A stretch of DNA of 64,000 bases from assembly GCA_965216685.1 (NCBI GenBank), contig OZ244195.1, forward strand, positions 4,896,673-4,960,672. Direction: 5' to 3'. Of this stretch, positions 17,578-26,486 are shown one piece after another (position 1 is the first letter of the stretch; each line of letters opens with the position of its first letter). This DNA is from Acidimicrobiales bacterium. Its GTDB lineage: Bacteria > Actinomycetota > Acidimicrobiia > Acidimicrobiales > SZUA-35. The position numbers were made by a program, and so were the translations under genes. Below the pieces are notes generated by a model. That model had not been told where the DNA came from, searched no databases, and saw only the letters and a list, made by a program, of their open reading frames with translations.

Positions 17578-18546
17578 GTGACTCTCAACCTCAGAGCCCT
17601 TGGGCGAACCGGATTCGACGTCAGCAGTATCTCGTTCGGCACATCGGCTCTGGCCAGCCTGCCCGGCACCTACGGCTACCAGGTGTCATACGACCAGGCT
17701 CGGGAGACGCTGCTGGCCATCCTCGACAGCGAGGTCAACCTACTCGACACCTCCCGCAACTACGGTCAGGGTCGGGCCGAGGAGCGCATCGGGGCCGTGT
17801 TCGCCGAACTGGGGGGCAAGCCGGATGGCCTGATCCTGTCGACCAAGGTCGACCGCCACGATGAGACACTCCGGTTCGACGCCGAGCAGGTTCGACGCTC
17901 GTTCACCGCCAGTCTGAACGCCTTGGCGGTGGATCGGGTCGACATCCTCCACCTTCACGACCCGGAGCACGCCCGGGATCTGGGCGAGATCACCGGCACC
18001 GGAGGGGCCATCGACGAGCTGTTCAAGATCAAGGAGGAAGGCCTGACCTCGGCCTTGGGGCTGGCCATGGGCAACATTGATCTGCAGTTCGATCTGGTGC
18101 GACGCCACCCCTGGGACGTGGTCCTCAACCACAACCGCTACACCTTGTTGAACCGGCGGGCCGTCGACCTGTTCGACTACGCCCGGGAACAGGGCATGGG
18201 GGTGATGAACGCCGCTCCCTACGCCGGCGGCATGCTGGCCAAGGGCTCCTCGAACTTCGACAAGATCAACTATCAGGACGCCTCCGAGGAGGCGCTGGCC
18301 CCGGTTCGGGAGTTGGAGCGGATCTGTCAGGCCCACGACGCCCCCTTGGGGGCGGTGGCCCTCCAGTTCTCGATTCGGTCCGGTCGAGTCGACAACACCG
18401 TGCTCGGTGTGTCCAAGCCGGAGCGGGTGGCCCAGTCGTTGGCTTGGGCCACCATGGACCTGCCGCCCGAGCTGTGGACGGCCGTCGACGAGCTGCCCTA
18501 CTCGACCGACGACCCCGAAGCCAACCGGGTCTGGAGCGGCGGATGA
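17578..18546 (+). CDS. Aldo/keto reductase.
   Basis: GTG start with AGGAG 7 nt upstream. Motifs: LGRTGFDVSSISFGT, LLDTSRNYGQGRAEE, DILHLHDPE. Confidence 0.85.
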   Translation: MTLNLRALGRTGFDVSSISFGTSALASLPGTYGYQVSYDQARETLLAILDSEVNLLDTSRNYGQGRAEERIGAVFAELGGKPDGLILSTKVDRHDETLRFDAEQVRRSFTASLNALAVDRVDILHLHDPEHARDLGEITGTGGAIDELFKIKEEGLTSALGLAMGNIDLQFDLVRRHPWDVVLNHNRYTLLNRRAVDLFDYAREQGMGVMNAAPYAGGMLAKGSSNFDKINYQDASEEALAPVRELERICQAHDAPLGAVALQFSIRSGRVDNTVLGVSKPERVAQSLAWATMDLPPELWTAVDELPYSTDDPEANRVWSGG

Positions 18547-18556
18547 TCGCTGGTCG

Positions 18557-19363
18557 ATGGCCAGGCCCGGAACGATCGGGCGGTCGGCTGTGAGCCTGGT
18601 GCTCTACGAGGTGGACGGCCACGTGGCCACCATCACCCTGAACCGACCGGAGAAGCACAACGCCATCAACGGCCCGCTGCGGGAGGAACTCAACGCCGCC
18701 TGGGCCCGCTTCCGCGACGACACCGACGCCTGGGTCGCCATCCTGGCCGCCAACGGGCCGACGTTCTGTGCCGGAGCCGATCTGACTGACAGCCGAGGCG
18801 CGGTAGGCACCTTTGGCGGGACGTTCTGGGAGAAGCCGACGATCAACTCGTTCGAAAGCGGCATGGAGCTGTTCAAGCCAACGATTGCCGCTGTCGACGG
18901 ACCGTGTATCGGCTACGGGCTGACCGGACTGCTGTTCTGCGACTTCGTGATGGCCAGTGACCGGGCCCGCTTCTCCTATCCCGAGGTCACCATCGGCACC
19001 CCGACGATCGTCGGGGCTATCCGGCTTCCCCACCGGGTGGGCTGGGCCAACGCCATGGAGCTGCTGCTGAGCGGCCAGTCGATATCGGCCCAACGGGCTC
19101 ACGAGATGGGGCTGGTGTGGCGATTGACCGATCACGAACGGTTGCCGGCCCAGGCCCGAGCCTGGGCCGAAACCCTGGTGGAGGCCGCCCCGCTGGCCCA
19201 GCGGGCCACCAAGGAGGTGGCCTGGCGATCGGCCGACATGGGGTGGACCGAAGCGGTCCGATTCGGCGAGACGATGCGCAAGGTGGTGGCCGCCACCGAC
19301 GACGCCACCGAGGGTCGCCGCGCTTGGGCCGACAAGCGCCGTCCCAACTGGACGGGGCAATGA
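18557..19363 (+). CDS. Enoyl-CoA hydratase/isomerase family protein.
   Basis: ORF 18407..19363 trimmed to MARPG. Motifs: ATITLNRPEKHNAI, FCAGADL, DGPCIGYGL. Confidence 0.85.
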   Translation: MARPGTIGRSAVSLVLYEVDGHVATITLNRPEKHNAINGPLREELNAAWARFRDDTDAWVAILAANGPTFCAGADLTDSRGAVGTFGGTFWEKPTINSFESGMELFKPTIAAVDGPCIGYGLTGLLFCDFVMASDRARFSYPEVTIGTPTIVGAIRLPHRVGWANAMELLLSGQSISAQRAHEMGLVWRLTDHERLPAQARAWAETLVEAAPLAQRATKEVAWRSADMGWTEAVRFGETMRKVVAATDDATEGRRAWADKRRPNWTGQ

Positions 19364-19386
19364 TCCAACGGGTTTGACCTGAACTG

Positions 19387-19851
19387 CTAGGAGCGAGTGA
19401 GGACCGCCACGGGAATGGTCCGACCGGCAAGCTCCTGGTAGGTGGCGAAGTGGTCATATCCCTCGACGAGGAGATTCCAATAACGTTCGCGCTCGCTCTC
19501 GTCGTCGACTTGGCGGGCCTTGACCGCCCAGCGTTGCGACCCGACCTCGACGTGGGCTTCGCCGGCGGCGATGAGGTTGCGATACCAGTTGGGCGTATCG
19601 ATGTGGCCGGCGTTCGAACCGGCGACCACGAAATCGTCGCCGTCTCGGATCTCCATGAGGACCACGGGCCGCGACCGGCCGCTATGACGGCCGACGACAT
19701 CAAGGACGAACACCGGTGAGCCGGCGAGGGTATTGGCCTTCGTTCCGTGGCTCGACCGGAGGCGATCGACGTGTCGCCTGGTTGCCCACTTGGTGATGCC
19801 GGGCAGGTGCCGACTGAGAAAGTTGGTTGCGTATCCGCTGGTATCGGCCAT
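19387..19851 (-). CDS. Deazaflavin (F420)-dependent nitroreductase family protein (DDN-like).
   Basis: VLDVVGRHSGRSRPVVLMEIRDGDDFVVAGSNAGHIDTPNWYRNL...ERERYW. Confidence 0.8.
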   Translation of the reverse strand: MADTSGYATNFLSRHLPGITKWATRRHVDRLRSSHGTKANTLAGSPVFVLDVVGRHSGRSRPVVLMEIRDGDDFVVAGSNAGHIDTPNWYRNLIAAGEAHVEVGSQRWAVKARQVDDESERERYWNLLVEGYDHFATYQELAGRTIPVAVLTRS

Positions 19852-20101
19852 CGGGTGCTCCTTCAGGATGTGGTAGTGGATCGATGGAGATGAAGGTAGG
19901 GGCGCACCTCGGCGAGCGAAATCGGTGAGCGGCCGGATTCGATGCGCGATGGTCCATCACCGGAACGGTGAGCATCCCGGCCTCGACACCGTGGACGCAG
20001 ACGCACAGCAGTCGGACTGATGCCGATGGAGATCCGGGTCCGGCGCCTTCAGAGTGGAACACGTCGCCACACGGGTGACGATCCAACAACTGGAGGACAT
20101 C

Positions 20102-20383
20102 ATGCGCAATCCATCCGTGGCCGCCCTGGCCAACTTCTTCCTTCCCGGCGCCGGCTATCTGCTGGCCGGTACCAAGCGAGCCCTCGGGGTCCTATGGCTC
20201 GCTGGTGTCAGCGGACTGACCTGGGTCGAGTTTGGCATTCGAGAGTCCGAACCCACCCTGTGGGCGGTGATGTTCGTCAGCGTGCTGGTGATGAATACCG
20301 CGTTCGCCATCGACGTGTACCGGACGGCCCCCCGTCGCAACGTCGGCAGCGGCGATCAACGCCAGGCCATGGTTGGGGCCTGA
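20102..20383 (+). CDS. Small integral membrane protein, function unknown.
   Basis: Trimmed to MRNPSVAALANFFLPGAGYLL, with GGAGG 6 nt upstream. Two or three predicted TM helices. Confidence 0.55.
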   Translation: MRNPSVAALANFFLPGAGYLLAGTKRALGVLWLAGVSGLTWVEFGIRESEPTLWAVMFVSVLVMNTAFAIDVYRTAPRRNVGSGDQRQAMVGA

Positions 20384-20441
20384 ACCCGAAGCCAACAGAT
20401 CAAACAGACCCAACGTCCGAGAACAGAGAGAGAGCACTGTC

Positions 20442-20873
20442 ATGAACCACACGACGACCATCACACTCGAGGAGACCGCCCGGGCTGTTGTCTGCGACAT
20501 CGCCGACCAGCTTGAGCACTCCTGGAACACCGTTGACGGCGCGGCCTACGCCGAGCCGTTCGCCGACGACGCTGACTTCATCACGATCCGGGGCGATCAT
20601 CTGACCGGCCGGCGCACGATCGCCGCCGGCATGTCGGAAATCCTCACCACCATCTACCTCGACAGCACCGTGGCGGTGCGAGCGACAAGGGTCCGCTGCG
20701 TGTCCCCCACGACGATCGTGGCTCAGATCGAGCACGTCCTCGACGCCCCCACTGGCCCCCTGGCCGGGGTCAACACCACCCTGGCCACCGTGGTCATCGT
20801 CGAGACTGCACGAGGGTGGGAGATCACGACCCTCCACAACACCCTCGTCGTCGATCCCTCACCTGACCGCTGA
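20442..20873 (+). CDS. SgcJ/EcaC-family (NTF2-like, DUF4440-type) protein.
   Basis: Trimmed to MNHTTTITL. Motifs: DIADQLEHSWNTVDGAAYAEPFADDADFITIRGDHLTGRRTIAAGM and WEITTLHNT. Confidence 0.7.
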   Translation: MNHTTTITLEETARAVVCDIADQLEHSWNTVDGAAYAEPFADDADFITIRGDHLTGRRTIAAGMSEILTTIYLDSTVAVRATRVRCVSPTTIVAQIEHVLDAPTGPLAGVNTTLATVVIVETARGWEITTLHNTLVVDPSPDR

Positions 20874-20910
20874 CCCTGGGAGGTACCGGCGGCGAACCCG
20901 GGGCAAGTGA

Positions 20911-21843
20911 CTACCCGGCAGCTGAAACCTGTTTGGGCTCGATCTGTCGGGCGGCGCGGGCATAGGCCGCCGGTGTCGCCCCGGTGAACCGCTTGAAAGC
21001 CCGGGTGAAGGCTTGGGTGGAGTTGTAGCCGACGGCTTCAGCGACATCAGCCAACGGCTTGCCATCGAGGAGGAGCTGGGCGCCCCGGTGGACCCGCCAC
21101 CTCGTCAGGTATCGGGCGGGCGGTTCGCCGATCAGGCCACTGAAACGCTGGAACAGTGTGGCCCGGCTGAGCCCGACCTCGGCCGCCAGCGACTGGACGG
21201 TCCACCGGCGGCCGGGCCAGCGATGGATGAGGGCCAGGACGAGGCGGATCTCCGGGTCGCGCAGGCCGGCCAACCAGCCGACCTCACCCTCGGGCAACGT
21301 CAGCGAGTAGTTCCGGAGAGCACTAACCAGCACGATGTCGGACAAACGGTTGATGATGACCTCGGTCCCTGGGAGGTTGTTCCCGATCTCGGCGTGCGCC
21401 GCCTCGACCACGCCTTGGAGCCAGACCTGATCGCTCGGCACCACGATCAGATCGGGAAGGCTCTCCAGGAGAGGATGAACCAGGTCCTGCTCGAACTCGA
21501 AGGCGCCACATAGAAACGAAGACCGGGGACCGTCACCGTCGTTGGTGAGCAACTGCACGGTCCGGTCCGGATCGTCCGTCCGCTCCAGGGCGGGACCGGT
21601 GGCGTGTCGATCGTGGGAGACGGTGTGTCCCGACCCATGGGCCAGAACAGCGATGTGACCGGCCTCGACCTGGACCGGATCGGAGCCGTGAACGGTGACC
21701 CAGATCGAGCCCTGATGCACCGCGTGATACACCCCGCACGGCAGATCGTCGGCCGACACACGCCAGGGTGCATTCAACTCGGTTTGGCGGAACACCCCGC
21801 TGGTAAGCCGAATCGCATCGAAGACATCAGCCAGCGGATCCAC
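20911..21843 (-). CDS. AraC-family transcriptional regulator with N-terminal cupin-type sensor domain.
   Basis: N-terminal DVFDAIRLTSGVFRQTELNAPW...YHAV. C-terminal HTH WTVQSLAAEVGLSRATLFQRF and VGYNSTQAFTRAFKRFTGATPAAY. Confidence 0.85.
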   Translation of the reverse strand: MDPLADVFDAIRLTSGVFRQTELNAPWRVSADDLPCGVYHAVHQGSIWVTVHGSDPVQVEAGHIAVLAHGSGHTVSHDRHATGPALERTDDPDRTVQLLTNDGDGPRSSFLCGAFEFEQDLVHPLLESLPDLIVVPSDQVWLQGVVEAAHAEIGNNLPGTEVIINRLSDIVLVSALRNYSLTLPEGEVGWLAGLRDPEIRLVLALIHRWPGRRWTVQSLAAEVGLSRATLFQRFSGLIGEPPARYLTRWRVHRGAQLLLDGKPLADVAEAVGYNSTQAFTRAFKRFTGATPAAYARAARQIEPKQVSAAG

Positions 21844-21865
21844 GTATACTCCTTGCTATTCAGAC

Positions 21866-21887
21866 GATCGATCACAAATTATCGATC
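21866..21887. promoter_or_regulatory. Inverted repeat in the AT-richer AraC/AraC divergent intergenic region.
   Basis: GATCGAT-cacaaatt-ATCGATC lies within the 87-bp spacer 21844..21930. Confidence 0.4.
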
Positions 21888-21930
21888 TTTGTCCCTATGG
21901 GAGTCTAGTCTAATAGCGTACCGTAAGACT

Positions 21931-22884
21931 ATGAGTTCAACGCCGGCCACCGAGGATCCGCTCACTGCAGGGCTCCGGGCCTTGCGGATGCGGGGATCAC
22001 TCTTCAGCCGGGCCGAGATGGCCGCACCGTTTGGCGTCCGCTCCGGTCCGCTCCCCTTCGGTGTCTTCCACGCCGTGGTCACCGGCCGCTGCGTCCTACG
22101 CACCCCTGACCACGGCGGATCTGCACCCGTCGAGCTCGTTCAAGGCGACGTTGTGTACCTACCCAACGGCGCCGATCACATCCTGGCCGACACCGAGTGG
22201 CGTCCCGCTACCCCGCGCTCCAGCCTCGGAGCACGTCCCGGACCGGACGGTATGGAACTCCTCCGGGTGCCGGGCGACGGAGACGAAACCGTACTGTTGT
22301 GTGGTCGAGTCGAAATGAACGACAGCGACCGGCAACCGGTCCTTCAACTCCTGCCCGACGTCGTCCACGTATCCCAACACACCAGCGGAGTGGGAGCTCA
22401 GATACCGACGCTGATCGGCCTCATTGCAGCCGAGTTGGACAACGGGAGTCCAGGGAGCGGCGCGACCGTGGCCCGCCTGACCGACGTACTCGTACTCCAC
22501 ATGATTCGCTACCACGTCGAACACCTGACCGACGCTGACACCGGGTGGCTCCGAGCCATGAGCGACCCCCAGATCTCCCAAGCCATCGGTCTCATCCACA
22601 ACAGGCCGGCCCAACCCTGGACCGCAGCCGGCCTCGCCCGCGAGATCGGGCTGTCCCGCTCCGCCTTCTTCGGCCGATTCACCCGACTGGTGGGGGAAGG
22701 GCCAATCGAATACCTCACTCGCTGGCGCATGCACGTCGCCGGTAACCGACTTCGAGACGGCAACTCGGTGGCCAGCGCCGCCCGAGCCGTCGGCTACGCC
22801 TCCGAGGCAAGCTTTTCCGACGCTTTCCTTCGAATCACCGGAACCCGTCCCGGCTTGTTCCGAGATCAGGCCGTCACCATCTGA
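21931..22884 (+). CDS. AraC-family transcriptional regulator, paralogue of the divergent neighbour.
   Basis: ORF 21604..22884 trimmed to MSSTPATEDP. It has the same architecture (LRMRGSLFSRAEMAAPF...FHAV; WTAAGLAREIGLSRSAFFGRF; VGYASEASFSDAFLRITGTRP). Confidence 0.85.
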   Translation: MSSTPATEDPLTAGLRALRMRGSLFSRAEMAAPFGVRSGPLPFGVFHAVVTGRCVLRTPDHGGSAPVELVQGDVVYLPNGADHILADTEWRPATPRSSLGARPGPDGMELLRVPGDGDETVLLCGRVEMNDSDRQPVLQLLPDVVHVSQHTSGVGAQIPTLIGLIAAELDNGSPGSGATVARLTDVLVLHMIRYHVEHLTDADTGWLRAMSDPQISQAIGLIHNRPAQPWTAAGLAREIGLSRSAFFGRFTRLVGEGPIEYLTRWRMHVAGNRLRDGNSVASAARAVGYASEASFSDAFLRITGTRPGLFRDQAVTI

Positions 22885-22951
22885 ATCCACCGGAGCTCGA
22901 CCCGCCCCATGCCGTAGTCCGGCACGCCGACGGCTTGAGCCGGGGCTCTGG

Positions 22952-23734
22952 TCAGTCGGTTCGAGAACCGAACCTCATCTGTTGGACTTGGGCCGACAGG
23001 CCTCCGTCGAGCACCCAGAGTTGGCCGGTGGCATAGCGGGCCTCGTCGGAGGCCAGCCAGAACACCAGGTTGGCCATGTCGGTCGGCGTGCCGATTGTCC
23101 GCAACGGGTGCACGGCCCGGGCCTCGGCTCGGGCCGCCTCGCCGTCGACCCCAGGGGGAAAGAACTGGTCGAGCATCGGGGTGTCGATGTAGCCCGGGCA
23201 GATGGCGTTGACCCGGATTCCTTCCGGACCGTGGTCGACGGCCATGGCCTTGGTGATCATGTGCACCGCCCCTTTGGTGGCGCAGTAGGCCGCCAGCTTG
23301 GGGTCGGCCATGTAGCCGTCGTAGCTGCCGAAGTTGATGATGGAGGCGCAGGGGGATCGCCGCAGCATGGGCAGGCCGTGCTTCGAGGTGAGAAAGGTGC
23401 CGGTCACGTTGACGGCGAAGATGCGCTCCCAGTCGTCAAGCGAGGTCTCCTCCACCGTCTTTTCCATCTCGATGCCGGCGGCGTTGACCAAGATGTCGAG
23501 CCGACCGCTTTCGGCTTCGATCCGGTCGAACCCGGCGACGACCGCCGCTTCGTCGGTGACGTCGAACGGGAGGAAGGCACCCGGAGCGGGCGTCGCCCCC
23601 ATCGTTCCCCGATCGGTCAGATCGGCGGCGTACACCCTGGCTCCCTCCCGCTCCAGCCGGTCACAAACCGCCCGTCCCGCCCCGCCCCGGCCGCCGGTCA
23701 CCAGGGCCACTCGACCCTCCAGTGGCCGGGTCAC
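22952..23734 (-). CDS. Short-chain dehydrogenase/reductase (SDR).
   Basis: The GTG start at 23734 overlaps the Rieske gene stop (GTGA). Motifs: VALVTGGRGGAGRA, NAAG, YCATKGAV. Confidence 0.85.
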   Translation of the reverse strand: MTRPLEGRVALVTGGRGGAGRAVCDRLEREGARVYAADLTDRGTMGATPAPGAFLPFDVTDEAAVVAGFDRIEAESGRLDILVNAAGIEMEKTVEETSLDDWERIFAVNVTGTFLTSKHGLPMLRRSPCASIINFGSYDGYMADPKLAAYCATKGAVHMITKAMAVDHGPEGIRVNAICPGYIDTPMLDQFFPPGVDGEAARAEARAVHPLRTIGTPTDMANLVFWLASDEARYATGQLWVLDGGLSAQVQQMRFGSRTD

Positions 23735-24855
23735 GACATGGCCTCCCGGTAGCGGTCGAGCACAAGCCCGTGGAAATGGTGGAGGGCATGTTCGGACAGG
23801 CCCGAACCCGACGGGTCGTTGACGATGCGGCCCTGGGTGAAGGCCGGGGTCTGCATGCCTCGCTGCACACTTTCCACCAGGTTGATGTCTTCCACCTGAA
23901 GGACCTCGTCGAGATAGTGGATGGATTCGAGTTCGGCTTGGGTCGGTTCGGCCGTTTCCAGGAAGAAGTCGTAGGTTTCGTGGGTCAGCCCGGGAGCCAC
24001 CGGGATGATCTTGAGAACGATCATGTTGCCCCGACCCGGGTACCGCATCAGGCAGGTGTTGGGCCAGAGCCACCACACGGCGTGGTCGGTCACGGTGGCC
24101 TCGCTGACGTCGTAGGCGGTATTGGCGCTCTTCCCGGCCTCGGCCATGTGGCTGGAGTAGATGCCGTGGGTGGTGACGGTGTAGGTGTCCATGTCGACCA
24201 GCGATACGAAGTCGCGGTGGGCCACGTGGCAGTGGTAGCACTCCAGGAAGTTGTCGACCACATTCTTCCAGTTGCTATCGATCTGGTAGGTCAGACGATG
24301 GGCGAAGGTCAGCCGGTCGACGTCGGGTGCCCAGTGGGCGATCTCGTCGGCCAGCGCTCCCGACTGTTCGGCCAGCGACGGCGCGCCGGGATCGAGGTTG
24401 ACGTAGACGAAGCCGCCGAACTCCTCGATCTGCACTCGGTCCAGGCAGATCGCACCGAGATCGAAATCGCTGAGGTGGTTGGTGTGGCGGGCTGACCGGA
24501 GTTGACCGTCGAGGTCGTAGGACCAGCCGTGATAGGGGCAGACGAGGTTGGCCACCGTCCCCTCCCCTTCGACCAGGTGATGGGCCCGATGTTTGCAGAC
24601 GTTGTAGAAGGCTCGAAGTTCCCCTCCCCGGTCACGCACGGCAACCACCGGCCTGCCGGCGATCACGTCGGCCACGTAGCAACCGGGCTCCCGAAGCTTC
24701 TCGCCATGGCAAACCCACTGCCAGGTTCGGCCGATGATGGCCTCCTGGTCGACGTCGAACCAACGCTGACGGGTGTAGGCGTCGGCGTGCAGCGACAGCG
24801 AGGTGCCCGGGTCGGTGGTCCAACCGGCGGTGATCTCAACTTTGGGGGCGACCAT
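23731..24855 (-). CDS. Rieske [2Fe-2S] non-haem-iron oxygenase alpha subunit.
   Basis: Trimmed to MVAPKVEIT. Rieske motif is CKHRAHHL...CPYHGWSY. Catalytic domain contains NFLECYHCHVAH. Confidence 0.85.
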   Translation of the reverse strand: MVAPKVEITAGWTTDPGTSLSLHADAYTRQRWFDVDQEAIIGRTWQWVCHGEKLREPGCYVADVIAGRPVVAVRDRGGELRAFYNVCKHRAHHLVEGEGTVANLVCPYHGWSYDLDGQLRSARHTNHLSDFDLGAICLDRVQIEEFGGFVYVNLDPGAPSLAEQSGALADEIAHWAPDVDRLTFAHRLTYQIDSNWKNVVDNFLECYHCHVAHRDFVSLVDMDTYTVTTHGIYSSHMAEAGKSANTAYDVSEATVTDHAVWWLWPNTCLMRYPGRGNMIVLKIIPVAPGLTHETYDFFLETAEPTQAELESIHYLDEVLQVEDINLVESVQRGMQTPAFTQGRIVNDPSGSGLSEHALHHFHGLVLDRYREAMS

Positions 24856-24874
24856 GATCTGACCGTAGCAAAGG

Positions 24875-24892
24875 ATTGAACAGCTGTTCAAT
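24875..24892. promoter_or_regulatory. Perfect 18-bp palindrome, candidate TetR operator upstream of the Rieske-SDR genes.
   Basis: ATTGAACAGCTGTTCAAT lies 20 nt upstream of the Rieske ATG and 23 nt downstream of the TetR stop. Confidence 0.6.
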
Positions 24893-24914
24893 ATTGCTGG
24901 TGTGGTGCCCGCGG

Positions 24915-25529
24915 TCAGCCGAGGGCGATCTCCTCACAGCGGGCCAGGGCCCGCTCCACGGCGTTGGCGTCGGGGATCAGAACCGCGGTCAGCCAGATGC
25001 CGTTCTGCACGATGAGTATGTCGGTGGCCCGCCTCTCCACTTCGTCAATTTCCAGCTCCGGTCGGGCAGCGGCCAACAGGTCGGTCAGGCCGGCCAGATA
25101 GCGGCGTTGGGCTCGCTGATTGATGTCGGCAAACAGCGGATCGACCCCGGCCAGCGACCAGAGCTGGAGGCGGAGGCTCAAATAGTCGGGGGTGAGCAAT
25201 ACCGGATCAAGAGCCCTGGCCAGGCCCCTACGTAACGCCGCAGCGGGGTCGGTGTGCTTGTGACCCACGACCAGGTCACCGACCACCAGCTCCAGATCTC
25301 GTTGGCCGATTCGTTCCAGGGCGGCCGAGATCAGTTCGGTCTTGTTGTTGTAGTAGTAGTTGGCCAGGCCAACGGCCACGTCGGCCTCCCGAGCCACCGC
25401 CCGGATGCTGACACCGGCAACGCCCTCTCGGGCCAGCACGGCGATGACCCCATCGAGAATCCGCTCCTTCTTGGACGACCCGGCACCGGCATCGTCGTCG
25501 CTCACAGCTCCACTCACGGCATCCATCAT
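24915..25529 (-). CDS. TetR-family transcriptional regulator.
   Basis: HTH SIRAVAREADVAVGLANYYYNNKTEL. Confidence 0.85.
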   Translation of the reverse strand: MMDAVSGAVSDDDAGAGSSKKERILDGVIAVLAREGVAGVSIRAVAREADVAVGLANYYYNNKTELISAALERIGQRDLELVVGDLVVGHKHTDPAAALRRGLARALDPVLLTPDYLSLRLQLWSLAGVDPLFADINQRAQRRYLAGLTDLLAAARPELEIDEVERRATDILIVQNGIWLTAVLIPDANAVERALARCEEIALG

Positions 25530-25569
25530 GCCATTCGACGCTGCTGGCGGCGTCGGCCCCGTCGTGGCG

Positions 25570-26082
25570 TCAGCCTTCGTTCGACTGCCCGGCCGTCATG
25601 GTCAACAGCTCGTCAATCTGCCCGAGAGCCAGCGTCATGCCCTCCTCAGCGCCCATGGCCAGGATCTGCTCCATGGCTTCCAGCGATCCGAAACGGGAGA
25701 TCATCGTCATCCGGGACCGACCGTCGGCCACCGGCTCGATGCGAACCTCGGTCACGGTGGTCGGCAGGCTGTCCGATGGTTGGCCCTCCTCATCGGAGAA
25801 GCCGTCGGTGAACCTCAGCAGCCGTGGCGCCTCGACCACGTCGATACGCCACCAGCCGGGATACTTGTCGCCGTCGGGGCCGGTCATGAAATAGGAGACC
25901 CGTCCGCCGGGAACGAGGTCGTGATCGACCACGGTGGCAGGATGGGTCGGAGGCCCCCACCACCGTTCCAGCTGTCGGGGGTCGGCCCACACCTGCCAGA
26001 GGCGATCAACCGACGCATCGAACTCCGACACCATCGTCAGGGTGAGAGCGTCGAGGTCCTGCTGGACGTCAACCACGGTCAT
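25570..26082 (-). CDS. SRPBCC-family protein (AHSA1 / activator of Hsp90 ATPase-like domain).
   Basis: FDASVDRLWQVWADPRQLERWWGP. Typical pairing with an upstream ArsR gene (ATGA overlap). Confidence 0.75.
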   Translation of the reverse strand: MTVVDVQQDLDALTLTMVSEFDASVDRLWQVWADPRQLERWWGPPTHPATVVDHDLVPGGRVSYFMTGPDGDKYPGWWRIDVVEAPRLLRFTDGFSDEEGQPSDSLPTTVTEVRIEPVADGRSRMTMISRFGSLEAMEQILAMGAEEGMTLALGQIDELLTMTAGQSNEG

Positions 26083-26429
26083 GAGATCTCCTTGGGGTTC
26101 GTTTCGGCGATCACGTCGCCGATCTGGTCGATTCGGTGATGCCAGAGTTCTTCGAACTCGGCCAATAGTTGCTGGGTTCGGGAGATGGCCTCGAGCCGGG
26201 TTTGCACCAGCTGCTCCCGCCCCCGTCGGGTACGGGTCACCAGGCCCGCCTCCTCCAGTACACCCACGTGCTTCTGCACGGCGGTGGTACTCATCGGGTA
26301 TCGACGGGCCAGGGCCGACACCGACAGCGACCCGCCCATGGCCCGGCGCAGTATGTCGCGGCGGGTGCCATCGGCCAACGCTCGGAAGAGGCGATCAGTT
26401 GAGGCTTCGCTGGTCAAATCTACAACCAT
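26079..26429 (-). CDS. ArsR/SmtB-family transcriptional regulator.
   Basis: FRALADGTRRDILRRAMGGSLSVSALARRYPMSTTAVQKHVGVLEEAGLV. Confidence 0.85.
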   Translation of the reverse strand: MVVDLTSEASTDRLFRALADGTRRDILRRAMGGSLSVSALARRYPMSTTAVQKHVGVLEEAGLVTRTRRGREQLVQTRLEAISRTQQLLAEFEELWHHRIDQIGDVIAETNPKEIS

Positions 26430-26439
26430 TCGGTTGTAG
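26420..26439. promoter_or_regulatory. Inverted repeat spanning the ArsR start codon, candidate autoregulatory operator.
   Basis: CTACAACC-attc-GGTTGTAG. The palindrome TGGGGCGCCCCA follows about 7 nt further upstream on the gene's strand. Confidence 0.45.
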
Positions 26440-26486
26440 GTTATCTTGGGGCGCCCCAGAAGGCAAGGGCGGCATCCCGTTCGGAG

